A stretch of 61,950 bases of DNA, the filler included. It is 13 parts of 13 records of this genome, joined end to end, with 100 filler letters (N's around TTAATTAATTAA, not from the genome) between each part and the next. Parts side by side here need not be neighbours in the genome. Positions count along the whole stretch, not along the records: positions 50,395 to 52,941 come from SRR9670534_1476; positions 53,042 to 55,810 come from SRR9670534_1480; positions 55,911 to 59,061 come from SRR9670534_1484; positions 59,162 to 61,950 come from SRR9670534_1485; 9 more parts are not named here. The stretch is one strand, 5' to 3'. The notes under the pieces are model-generated. The model saw nothing but the letters and a program-made list of their open reading frames with translations, had not been told where the DNA came from and ran no database searches. Positions 50,523 through 61,950 of the stretch are shown one piece after another. How positions within the stretch are numbered: position 1 is the stretch's first letter; each line of letters opens with the position of its first letter. The position numbers and the translations under genes are program-made.

Positions 50523-52941
50523 ATGGAGAAGTCTTTTCAAAAAAGCTTGTACAAAAAATATCACAAATTTTCTGGAATAAATGCTCTGAAGGCAGACTTG
50601 AGAAGTACTATAATCAGTGACTTGAACGGAAGTATAAATAATAGGCCATTAAGATTTGATAAAGATGATCGTGGAACGTTAAAACTTTTATCAGATTTAA
50701 TTGTTCTTCACCATTTGCACCACAGAAAATATAGTTACTCTGAAAGTGTGTTTTTGCCAGAAGCATCAATTTCTAGCAATGATGATGAAGGTTTGTTTTT
50801 AAAATTGATCGATTATCTTGAACTTGATCATGGGTCAAATTGCTATCGTCTTATGAAGTCCTTTTGCGCTGGAAAACAGCCGGTTAGTATGATTGATGGA
50901 TTGCTATCTTTTTTGAATGAGTTTTTGGCTGAAACCACAAAGAATGGCTCATTTTCAAAATTTTCAAAAGATGTTGGTATTCAGGCATCTCATAAAGAAG
51001 ATTTTGGTTTAGTAACCAATACCTCTCGCAATATATCTTTCAGCGACAGAATTACTGCCTTAGAAAATGAATACATTGAGAAAGCTCACACTGCTACATA
51101 TACAGCATCATTTGAGGACAAAGTTCTTGCTTATCAAAAGTATTTGGATGTTGAGTCTCAGAAATTGGTTAAGATTGAGATCGAACGCTTTAAAGAGCAA
51201 GAAATAAGCAAAGTAAAATTTGATGAAAGGAGGAGATATGACGACGAAATCACATCATATAAAAAACAATTAGATAATACATACGAAGTGAAGTTTAGTG
51301 CCCTTGCAGAAAGAGAACGGAAGTTAAGTGATCGGTTAAAAAATGAAAAACGCCAGTTAGAACATGAGCTTCATCTGGAAAGAGAGTTGATATTGCAGAG
51401 ATCTGAAAATATTACCACAAGAGAGTTAGAATTAGGTAGGTTGAAAAACCATCTAGAAACTTTGGAAGAAGTAGTTAAATCAAAAACCGAAGAACAGGAA
51501 AAACATCTAAAGCTGCAGGAAAGTCAAATTTCTGAACGTGAAGTTAATTTAGATGCCATTGTGACCCAAAAGGTTAAAGTTCTACTGGTGGACCAAGATC
51601 GACAATATCAAGAAAAGTGTAAATCACTAGATTTGTTAGAAAGATCTACCCTAAATAAATCGGTTACCCTTGAAAAGAGAATGAAGGAGTATGATGATAA
51701 GCTCGCTGAACTTTCACATCTGAGAGAAGACAACGCTGCATCCAAGCGTCTTATAGGCTCCTTGGAAACTGAACTTTTGAAATGTCAAAATGAAAACACT
51801 TTCAAGGATCAAATTTTGATGAAACATTCAGATTATGATATGGTGAAAGCAAACAATGAATCTTTGCAGCAGAAGGTTCAAGATCTTAACAATTTGCTGG
51901 AACATACCAGGCAAGAACTGCATGCACTTAGGAGGAAACACGAAGAAGGTTTGAAAGAAATTGCATTACAAGCGTCAAAAGAGCCAGTAGAATTATCAAT
52001 TGTTAGAGAACAACTTGCTAATGCTAAAGCTCGATTGTATGAGAAAGAGTTGATTCATAATTTCACAAGCGAACAAAATAGGCAGAAGCTTTCGGACGAA
52101 ATTGAAAAGTCCCGTTTTATGGAAATCGAAGTTGAACGTGAAAAACAACGAAGAATTGAGTTGGAGAAAGGGTTTATTGCTCTCAGAAATCAAGTTGTTT
52201 CACTACAACGTATTGGTGAAGTAACAACAAGAATTCCACCTGCTATACCAGAACTTCTAGCTGCAATACAGCATTCGCAAACCAATACTCACATCCCTAT
52301 TCCTAATATTTCTTTTGAAAAAAGCGCAAAGCATTCAAATATTCCATTGGCACACCCTGTAGATGATCAAAAAGACCCGACGGTAACTTATTACATAAGT
52401 GTGCTATTTTAGAATATTATGGTAAGAAGTATATGGACCATTGGTGCATGTTGTACTGTAATAAAATGTAATACTGTATTGCACGGTGTACACTGTACAC
52501 CATGACATGGTAGTACAATGTATACGATATTATGTCATATACTGTATGCCAAGGCACAGTGTGCCTTGTGCTCATACCAATTTGCACATATGTACGTACT
52601 ATGCCATGTATTGTACAGTATACACACATGTCTTTGGTGCGGAGTGTGTAGAAGTTCTAAAGTAGAACTACGTCTGTACGCACGCCAATAAGTTATTGAA
52701 AAATAAGTACATAGCGTATGCAATACTATATTATGTGTTACATATAATGTGTAGTACAGTCTGTACTACGTGTATAATAATAACGTATTGGGTACAATAT
52801 ATTCAATTCAATGGTACATGATGTACATGATGTCATCATATAACTTATGTTATGTCATATAACTGGTATATTTATTTATTTATTTGACAGGCTTTACAAT
52901 CTACGTACTTCCAGCAAAACCGAGATTGACGGTGCATAGCA
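50523..52941 (+). CDS. OFD1: OFD1 centriolar satellite protein (LisH + coiled coil), 3'-truncated
   Basis: KSLYKKY...GINALKADLRSTIISDL...LIVLHHL...YSYSESVFLPEA...FKEQEISKVKFDERRRY aligns with the recalled OFD1 N-terminus. Exon 50523-52382, next exon from 52891. Confidence 0.82.
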
Positions 52942-53066
52942 NNNNNNNNNNNNNNNNNNNNNNNNNNNNNNNNNNNNNNNNNNNNTTAATTAATTAANNN
53001 NNNNNNNNNNNNNNNNNNNNNNNNNNNNNNNNNNNNNNNNNGTAATGCTGATAAATTATCACTTAC

Positions 53067-53168
53067 TTTCAGAATCTTCTCTTTTTTGTTAAAAACATAC
53101 ACGTTGTTTAATGTAGTGATGGCGCCAACTACTATTGATATTAATAATTTACATACTACTAAATTCAT
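53067..53168 (-). CDS. Possible first exon of an unidentified gene with a hydrophobic N-terminus
   Basis: TTTTAG|ATG, MNLVVCKLLISIVVGAITTL..., then a consensus donor AAA|GTAAGT. Truncated by the spacer. Confidence 0.3.
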
Positions 53169-53618
53169 CTAAAATCTACCTCCTCCCTACCTTTTTGAGC
53201 AGTTCATGACATAGCCTATGAAAAAAGAAAGATGTCACCAATAAAAATTGTATTTTTACACTAGTATATAAATTTTCACTAAAGGTATCTAATTGTTATC
53301 TAAACTAGATTCCAAATGTTCGAAATCAGCATTTCTGCTTTTGTGATATAAGTGTTTAAACACAGCCCAGTCTGATCCTACCATTGGCATTCTAAACGTT
53401 GTTTTCATGTATTTATAAAAGATAATTTTTTAAATAGCTAAATGTTATCCTGTTATAATTTATAGAATTTAGCATAGATACAATGGCAAAGAACAACACA
53501 AAAATCTTGCAGCTATACTTATACGACATCATAAATTTCGTGACACTCTATAAAAATGCAAAGACTAGGCCATATGCTTACTTTCCTTGTCATTAGCAAA
53601 GACTTAAAATACAAAACA

Positions 53619-54748
53619 ATGTATTCTCTATTGCATGTGTTGACCATTGGCTGTTGCTGCCTTTTCGCATTTCTAAATAACGCGGAATGCTTTGGTTTGT
53701 AATTAATTTTAATAATAACTAATAATTTTAATTCTTTTCAATTTTTAAGCTTTAAAAATAATAATGATAGCATACAATTTTAGATGATTTCATACAATGT
53801 AATGCAATGGATTATAGCAACTGTCACAGTCAATGTAAAAGCAAAGGCTATGATGGTGTGAATCGATGTTATCATCATTATCAGGAAGATCTGGATTGCT
53901 CATGCAAAAAGGCTTGTAGCAGAACTGTCTGGGAATCTGAGTTCCGAAGAGCTCAACAATATGGTTACGATACAGTAACTGAATGCTATGTTTTTGATAA
54001 TACTGGTGATGACATGGTGATATCAAAAAGGAAGAGGTTTTGCAGTCCTGAAGCATTCGCAGTTTGCTTCAAAGGTTGTCAAGCTGCTGGAGGAAGAGCA
54101 GCTGCTCTCGAAGATTGTGAAGCTTCATGCTTGCCAAATACCGATTTGTCAGCAATGTGGGTAAATCTAAGTTGCAGATGTGATTCAATTCTTGGCGTTA
54201 GCAAAGCTATTCACCATGTGAGTATACCATTGACTTTCTATTGCAATCAATATTATTCAATATATGTCCTTCTGTGGGACCTTTAGTAGGGTGTTGTCCA
54301 TGGGTCATCTTCCGTCAAAATTCGTGCACAAAGTAAACTAGTCAGCTTATTTTAAAACAATTGGCGGTGGCAATATCACTAAGCAACACCAATTCTTGAA
54401 CATGAAAATATCAATCGCCTTATGCAAGAATAGATGTCGCCTTGTATTTAAATTACCAAAAAGTCTTGTTTTTGTAGTCTGGGGCATTCCTGCATTTATT
54501 ATTGCTGAAACTTTTAGTTTTTATCAGGATTGGATCACGTGACTCTTGTCTTGATGAACACTAGTAGGTCTTGCACTAGTAGGGTTACCCATTGAAACTA
54601 TAAGTCATTTTATGGAAGTAACAATTACTAAATTCATGAATAAAAAAAGGTTTTGTTATATAACTACGATATGTATTTTTAGGAACCATGGGTCAAAGAG
54701 TTTTGTAAGCCTCATGTTTATGAGAAATTTAGAACCGAAAGTTGCTAA
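53619..54748 (+). CDS. Secreted cysteine-rich protein with tandem defensin-like modules
   Basis: TATAAA at 53549. Exon 53619-53694 encodes a signal peptide (MYSLLHVLTIGCCCLFAFLNNAEC). Exons 53784-54217 and 54683-54748 are phase-compatible. Two C..CxxxC..C..CxC arrays. Confidence 0.78.
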
Positions 54749-55551
54749 AGCTGTGCTACTTTAGAAAATTACATTATTAATTCAAAATACAACACCATAT
54801 TTATTATTAAATTGCATGACGTATGAGGTATACACATCATTTACAATAGCTGCATTACTGCAGTACCGCAATGAGTCATTACCAATGACTCATATGTCTA
54901 TCTTACTACAGATAAAGGGTTAATAACAATTTAACTTGCTATTTGTTAATTGGGTATAACAATATTTGCTGATAAAGTAAGTAGGTGTCTCTTTTTTTTC
55001 TTTAAAATACCATTATAAACATATACTTACTAAAATAAATTCGGAAAGCATGAGTAAATGTTGTATTTATTAGTAAAATATGTTAACCTATATTTGAACT
55101 GGCATCTGAAGGTCTTGAGTTTAAACAAGCAATAATAGAGGTCCTCTGTTAGAGGACCCATGTTCATTTTTCTTAATAGGTATCGCTAATATTAAACTTA
55201 TACAAAGAGTTATCGTTTTTTAGGTCTACGAGTCTATGTTGCATACGTTTACATTTTGCCTATGGGCAATTATATTTACCAACAAGTAATAGTCTAGCAA
55301 TCTATAAAATTGCGAATACCATTTTTAAGAACTTTCAAAATAACAGCTATCCTGCAAAACCTTGCAGACATTGGTATTGAAATAAAGATTCGCAAAGGTT
55401 AATTTGCAAATCGTAAATTTTCAACACTCTTCTTCAAAAACAAACTTCAACATTTTTGGCTCTTGTCCAAAACGAACTGTTTCCATGAGAGATGTCGTAA
55501 AGATAAACATTACATAAATGTCTCCTTTCCATTATAATCATTATATTGTTA

Positions 55552-55775
55552 TGACATATGACATACAATATTTAACATATGCCTTTATCCAAAAAACGCT
55601 ACTTTTTCATAAAGCAATTATATATACCAACAAAGTCACATACAAAGCGGTACACATGTAACAAAGGCCATTATGAAGTATATAAAATATGTAATACATA
55701 TGACATACAATATGTAACATATGACATACAATATATAACATATGCCTTCATGCAAAAAACGCTATTTTTTCACAA
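55552..55775. repeat. Local duplication with a short ATATGACATACAATAT tandem
   Basis: TGACATACAATAT.TAACATATG units plus a duplicated CATATGCCTT...AAAAAACGCTA.TTTTT block. Confidence 0.6.
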
Positions 55776-55910
55776 CATACATATTTATAAATATATATAT
55801 ATATATATATNNNNNNNNNNNNNNNNNNNNNNNNNNNNNNNNNNNNNNNNNNNNTTAATTAATTAANNNNNNNNNNNNNNNNNNNNNNNNNNNNNNNNNN
55901 NNNNNNNNNN

Positions 55911-57237
55911 AGTGCCCAAATGCCACTCAAGTAAAGATTAACCCTTTTTGGTGGAGAAACAGGAATATTCCCTTTAACAGATAGCATATCCAAACTCAAA
56001 CATAAGATATATCCACCATTTGCATTTTGATGCCCATATGTAGTTTTAAAGTCATTGTCTGTTGGTTTTAATTCGGTAAACCCCACCCTTTTGATACCCT
56101 CATAAAATTTAGCCTCTCTCAACTTGAACCAACAGCCAACTTGTGCAACACCTCCGGTATCTGAGTTACTTGGCGCTTCCCACTTCCATTTCCATTTGAT
56201 AGGCAATGGCCATTGCTCACTTTCATAATGAATCAAGCATACCCCAAACATATGTTTGTATATATACCCATACCCTTCACGATTTATAAAGTAAGGACAA
56301 TATATAATTCCTTCATCTTGTAAAACCATGGCTGGACCAAATATATGATATAGAGATTGCTCTGTCAGAAATAAATGAAAGTCTCCAGGAAAATCTAAAG
56401 GGATCCATTTTAGCAAAAGCAAAAATAGATGTCTGCACAATACTTTATTAGAACATGTAGTATGCAAGACAAACCATTGCAGGTTATCTGTCTACTCAAG
56501 TTTGGAATTTCAGCAAAACCACAAATATTAACCAGCTCTATTGACTCCTTTAAATAAGCCATTCTTTCTTTTTTGTGTTTAACTTCATGTTCAAAAGTAG
56601 TGATCATCTTTCCAGCAGCTTTATAAACTTTGTTCTCAGAAATTATATCTTCAGACAAATCATATGGTGCTGGAGTATGACAAGAATGCTCCTTCAATGA
56701 ACATTTGATGCAAAGAATGGTGCAGCATTGTTCACAAAGGTAGCTTTTAGGGTATAATGCATGTTTTGGACAATTCTTAAACCTTGGTTCTATAATAATG
56801 TAGTTGAATATACTATAGTATGTAATAATACACAATAATATATAACAAAAATTATATAATATTATAATATTACATTGGTATATACAAGTCTGAGACTTCA
56901 AACTTTGAAGTTCAAAGTATAAAAATTTTGGTATATGATAATATAATATTAGGACTTTAAAATTTAACTGTGCTTATGACTAAATGAACTGTTCAAGAAA
57001 CATGTGACCTGTTCGAATATTATTAATACATATTAATTAATAAATTTTTAGTAGGTACATATTTTATTATAATTATTATGTTAATTCTCATATGATAGTA
57101 TCACATTAATGGAGTCAATTGTAAATAGTAAAAATTTTAGATTATACAACATCATTTTAAAAACATATATTTGTTACCAATCCCAGATATAGCATAAAGA
57201 CGTCTTCTTTTCTCAGGATGAAGGAGTTCTTCTTCTT
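55911..57237 (-). CDS. B-box zinc finger / coiled-coil gene with a beta-rich C-terminal domain, 5' structure unresolved
   Basis: Phase-1 exons ~57237-57178, 56789-56475 and 56394-55911 join the two overlapping ORFs. CPKH....LCEQC..ILC..C...EH..H is a B-box-2 pattern. Confidence 0.6.
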
Positions 57238-57730
57238 TTATAAAATCATGTACCTGGTCAGAATGAATCTGAGAAGAAGTACTCAACCAGGGATTGGAAA
57301 AATAGTATTCAATAATATCATGATAATACATGTATACTATTTCAATGTGTTATTAATAATAATAACTTATTATTGATATAATTTTGAAGTTACTCCAAGA
57401 ATAAAGATTCTTTGAACTTCATTCAAATGGTCCTATTACTATTGCTAATAATTAGATATTGATAAATGATTTGCATCCACAATTTGAATTTTACAATGAA
57501 ATCATACTCAATATTTCTCATACAGAATGTTTTTTCTACTGAGAAGTTCTTACAGCAAACAATTTTAGCCAATTTTACTGATGGTGACATTTCCTAAAAG
57601 TTGTTTAAAAATTATCATGCACCTTTATTAACAGAAAAGAAATGTGCCTTAGTACACCACTTATTAAATTATCATTTGGAAGACTTTGTACTGTTTCCTC
57701 TTGAATTATATTACAACATAAAATATTTTT

Positions 57731-58293
57731 CTAATCCCTCTTGCCAATGCCAGTAACATCTTCATCATTGTCTGTGGTCAGTTGCGCCTTTTCTTGTTTT
57801 AACAATTCTAATTCATTTGCAACCTTATTGGCATGAATAACCGAATTAACAAGCTTGTCAAAGAGATACTTCAGAACTCTTTCTCCTTCCACCATAGAAC
57901 CAAATTTCAAATTCACACCTGCACCTATAACATTTTGTAAATCAGTATATTCGAACATATAATAAGAACATTTGCATACACCTTCATGAAAACAGCCATG
58001 CACCGTCTCCGGATGTTCTTTTGCATAAATTGCACAAGCAAGTTTCTCTTCCAGGGCAGTCTAAAAGGAAATGTAAAACCCAAGCATTATTTGGCATAGA
58101 ATAGATATTTTATATTATCAAAACCAATAAGTTGTTAGTTATGAGTAATTAGTAATAACTATAGTAATGTAATATTAATAAGTATCCCATAGAATCTAAC
58201 AATAATGATATTAATAACAAAACTAACTATTATGTGATCTTCCGACCCAGTTAAATCAATGACCTCAATGGATGAAGGGCCTTCATTTGTCAT
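57731..58293 (-). CDS. Unidentified ~131-aa two-exon protein
   Basis: Exons 58293-58228 and 58060-57731 are in phase 0. MTNEGPSSIEVIDLTGSED...CFHEGVCKC...LELLKQEKAQL. Confidence 0.45.
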
Positions 58294-59031
58294 TCCTTCA
58301 AGGAATCCTTGTTGTGACTTTTAACTATGAGGCATATCTTTTTCACCACAACTGATGACAACTAACTAAAATGCATACAGTGATACAATATTCACGTCAA
58401 GACCAAAGAGCAAAAAACTTGTAATATACAGTGTCACACTACAGTGTTACTACGGTAGTGCTACTACGTTGTAATATATACCGTACAGCGTTAGACCAGA
58501 CTGTCACCGTTTTTATTATACAACTCTAACAGTTAAACGGTTTTCATTACTCTAAAGTCATGTGCGTCGTACTATGTTTTAATAATAGTATGTATGTAAT
58601 AGTAACTGTATAATTTTTATTTATTAAACAATGGCCCGATGTACGGTGCCAACCGATCGTTCATCAGAGTCTGATCATCAGTCAATATTCGGATATCACC
58701 TATTATAATACCATTACATACTTAGTAGTTAATAATAATATTTCCAAAATCACGAACTTCAAGTTCGTACAATACTTGTATTAGTAAATTCAAACTTGCA
58801 ATACTTGCATTACTACATACATACCTATTAGGTAGTACCACCTACAGTACGTAGATACATACGTATCATAAAGTTTAAAAGTTTACTACGACAGAGTCTG
58901 TACATGCGTACATAAAGTTTACCTACGACAGAATCTGCAGATATCGGAATCCGATAATCGGATATGTATATAGGTCACCTGTAGTACAGCCTGTACAGGT
59001 GTATGTATTAATTATGTATGCACAACTCAGC

Positions 59032-59061
59032 TACTGTATTTACTCGATTAGAGCCCCCGGG
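59032..59061. mobile_element. Tc1/pogo-like transposon end at contig edge
   Basis: TA + CTGTATTTACTCGATTAGAGCCCCCGGG resembles CCGTATTT-type terminal inverted repeats. Truncated by the gap. Confidence 0.4.
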
Positions 59062-59805
59062 NNNNNNNNNNNNNNNNNNNNNNNNNNNNNNNNNNNNNNN
59101 NNNNNTTAATTAATTAANNNNNNNNNNNNNNNNNNNNNNNNNNNNNNNNNNNNNNNNNNNNGATTGACAAATGGAAATATTATGTATTCTATATTTATTC
59201 ACATTCAAATTGCTTGGTAGCCTATTACACAAGAATTTAATAAATTATTTATATTAGATATTTAATAAATTATTTGTATTATACAAAGCAGTAAGAATGG
59301 CATAATATGCCAGGCATATTATTGAATATATAAATATATTAAAAATGTAATTTATAAATAATAGTTAGATTTATTTATATTTTTGTTACATCTAACTGTT
59401 TTTATTTCAGCAAATGATTTCAGGACAGGATTTATTTAATATAGTCTTGATAAGTTATGTTTTTAATAAAATGAACATGAGTTTTATATATTTAACAAAT
59501 ATTTTTAAGGAATTTGTATAAGTTATGACTTTATTGTAAGTTTATAACATTGTAAATAATATATAGTGCCCTCAAAAATAGTATCATAATATATGTTCTA
59601 TGTAATATAATAAAATAAATAAAAATTATGTAATACTTTTTAGAAAAATCTTTTGTTGGTTGAGGGTGTTTGCAAAGAAGTTTACAACTCCTCAGGTACA
59701 AATGGATTAATCTATATGATGTAAAGAATTAAGAATGAAATTTGTTTTTAGTATATTGTTTTTATTAATAATAATGTTAGATATTATAATATTTTTTATT
59801 GCTAG

Positions 59806-59981
59806 AAAGACTTAAAACACCAAAATACTGTAAAAAAGATGTGTATTTTATAATGATGGCATGTTGGTGGTTCAAGCCTTATCATAAGGTTAATTTTAGT
59901 TATTTTGTTACTAAGTTTGAAGAACTGCTAAAGAAATATTCTCTATCATTACCATCAGCCTTTGCAGGAGAAATTGAATAA
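59806..59981 (+). pseudogene. Degenerate tyrosine-kinase C-terminal exon
   Basis: ERLKTPKYC..DVYFIMMACW..KP is a tyrosine kinase subdomain X-XI pattern, but the conserved RPxF reads KVNF. No convincing upstream kinase exons, and the flanks are locally duplicated and AT-rich. Confidence 0.5.
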
Positions 59982-61062
59982 GAAAACCAAACTCTACCAC
60001 AAGTTGATGGGAATTATCTTTGTCCTATTTCACAAGTAGATTATAATCTATATTTGATATAAATCTTTTAACTGTCTCATAATTAATTTTAGTATTTTTG
60101 CATTTAGATAATATAAATAATAAAAAATAGTAAATGCTTTACATAGTAAGAAAAAAGAAAATAAATAATTTAAATATAAACTAGACTTTAGATTGGCAGG
60201 AAAAACAACAAAAGATTAGTATAAAAGATATGGATCTTAAAAGTAAAAGTTAATAATATATCTATACTATCTATTTATTAATGTTAGATATTATACTATT
60301 TTTTTATTAAAGAAACATAATATTTGATATGGATCTTTTAACCATTTCTTAATTAATTTTGATATTTTTAGTATCTTGGTATCTAAGTAAAAGTAACTAA
60401 TAATATATCTATCCAAAAAATGTATTAGAAATCTGCTAAATAAAAATATTTTACATCAAATAACTTTGGTTTTGAATTTAATAAGAAACAAGTTTAAATC
60501 AAGTTAAAAAATAAATTTAGTTTTAAATTTAAGAACAAAGTTTAAATCAAGTTAAAAAATATAAAAACATATATTTATCAATACAAATTATTATATACCA
60601 AAGCATATACAAAATAAAACTTATTGCTAATAAATTTCAAAACTTACTATTAGCAAATAAAACCTTAATATTTCAAATTATAATTACAAAATTTTACTAT
60701 ATACTATATAGGTATACTATATATTTATTTTATACATATATTTATGTCAAAATGTTTATTAATAACATATAAAAACTGTAAATCACTGATATAGAAATTA
60801 ACAATGTTCACAAATAATTGCTTATTTATTTGCTATAATTTTATTAATGTCAGAAAAAATAACAAACAAAAATTTTAACAAAAAAAAAATTGCAAGAGTT
60901 TATATTTCAAAAGTTAATGTAAAGTTAATCATTTTAATAAACTTTAAAATATCCTGACCAGTCTATTTTTTATCTTTATTATTAATAAAGACAATAACTT
61001 ATTGTAACAATAAAGCATGTTATTAAAATGTACTAAATTTTAAGGCACATAAATAAGGAATA

Positions 61063-61874
61063 TCATTCTGAGGAATGTTCTTCCAAAAAGCTTGTTCTCC
61101 ATAGATCCACCTCAGCCATTTTTGCTCTGATTGTCTAAAATTCATAAATTTATAATAAAAAAAAAAAGTTCATCATTTTCTTGACTTACCACAGTTGCAT
61201 CTTTAACAGTGTCAACATTTTCTACCATATGAGCAAGGTTCTCAACTTCATGTTCAAGCGTTCCTTGCCTATATTCAAACTAAAAATATAGTCATTATTA
61301 TTAATAACAAATACATTATTATCAATAAATGACAAAATATATACAAGTTCTCTTTCATTTGCATCTTCAATGTAAAAAGCAGCTGGGTAGGAATATTTCA
61401 ACGTATATCTGGCCTAAAAATTAGTATAAAAATATTGTTTATTAATAATAATTAATATATGTTATTAACCTTTGTCAAAAGTTCGGCACCTTCATACAAA
61501 TAATTATAATCAATGATGGTTCCATAACCACCGGTAACTTGAGCATCTATCATGTTTCGAATATTTTGCTTCTGGACTTCTTCAAAATCAAAGCTTTGCG
61601 AATGGTTAAGCCATCGATTATAATAATGCATATATTTCTCAAGAGCAGCACGTTGCTCATTTTTATGAGCCTCCAGCTCTGCATTGTGCTTGTTACAGTT
61701 GTAGTTGTCCTTATGTGCTTTCCAATCTAATAACATTGAAAACTGTACAGGATTTTTAAGAAATGAGCAAGACACACCTCCCATGCAAACCCAACAAAAT
61801 TCGTAATTGCACCTTGAACAAGTCATGTGGTTGCAACCACCATTCTTTTGAATGCTGACCTGGCATTTTGGACA
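61063..61874 (-). CDS. ARIH2: RBR E3 ligase Ariadne-2, 3' part (RING2 + Ariadne domain)
   Basis: CPKC...[12 protein letters not shown]...FCWVCMGDWK.H...ALEKY..YY.RW.NH...GT.ID..YL...A.LL.K.RYTL.YSYP.A.Y...LFEY.Q..LE.EVENL, spread over five short-intron exons. The 5' part lies beyond the window. Confidence 0.9.
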
Positions 61875-61950
61875 CTAAATAATAGCGACATCTTTTACAT
61901 AGTAAGTGAAGTACGGTACATAATACAGCAGGTATATGATAACAATACCA

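Noticed and set aside
56394-56475. Apparent frameshift between overlapping ORFs 56410-56901 and 55859-56467
   Set aside because: It is explained by an 80-nt phase-1 GT-AG intron.
8561-59161. Regularly recurring TTAATTAATTAA between N runs, superficially array-like
   Set aside because: It is an artificial six-frame-stop linker of fixed 100-bp design. ORFs ending in X...LIN are artefacts.
1-61950. tRNA, rRNA or snRNA genes
   Set aside because: None recognised by eye. A covariance-model scan would be needed to exclude small RNAs.

Overview
AT-rich animal (bilaterian) genomic DNA with short GT-AG introns, many of them 45-100 nt. The window is not contiguous. It consists of 13 unrelated contigs joined by 12 artificial 100-bp spacers (44 N + TTAATTAATTAA + 44 N), so adjacency across a spacer carries no biological meaning. 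Host genes reconstructed by manual splicing are MOK kinase (3'-truncated), ryanodine receptor (5' part), a complete Pax6, MBOAT1/2 (first exon), a complete OXSR1/STK39 kinase, a divergent histone H2A, WDR93, a C-type lectin, an SLC5A transporter, eIF3m, GPR89, TMEM242, OFD1, a secreted multi-defensin-like protein, a B-box gene and the 3' end of ARIH2. Mobile DNA comprises a BEL/Pao gag-pol, hAT-type palindromic insertions of 30-168 bp with 8-bp target-site duplications, pogo-like ends and a Polinton/Maverick-type protein-primed DNA polymerase. The most striking observation is that this polymerase is split by five spliceosomal introns placed in or next to its conserved motifs. The next is that TMEM242 and GPR89 lie 64 bp apart with an AG acceptor abutting the GPR89 ATG, suggesting an operon resolved by trans-splicing. 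Also notable are a recurrent hairpin-forming motif in the Pax6 locus, a 10-nt micro-exon in a kinase APE motif, and CpG depletion concentrated in the transposon contigs. All family assignments come from recalled motifs. No database search was run.
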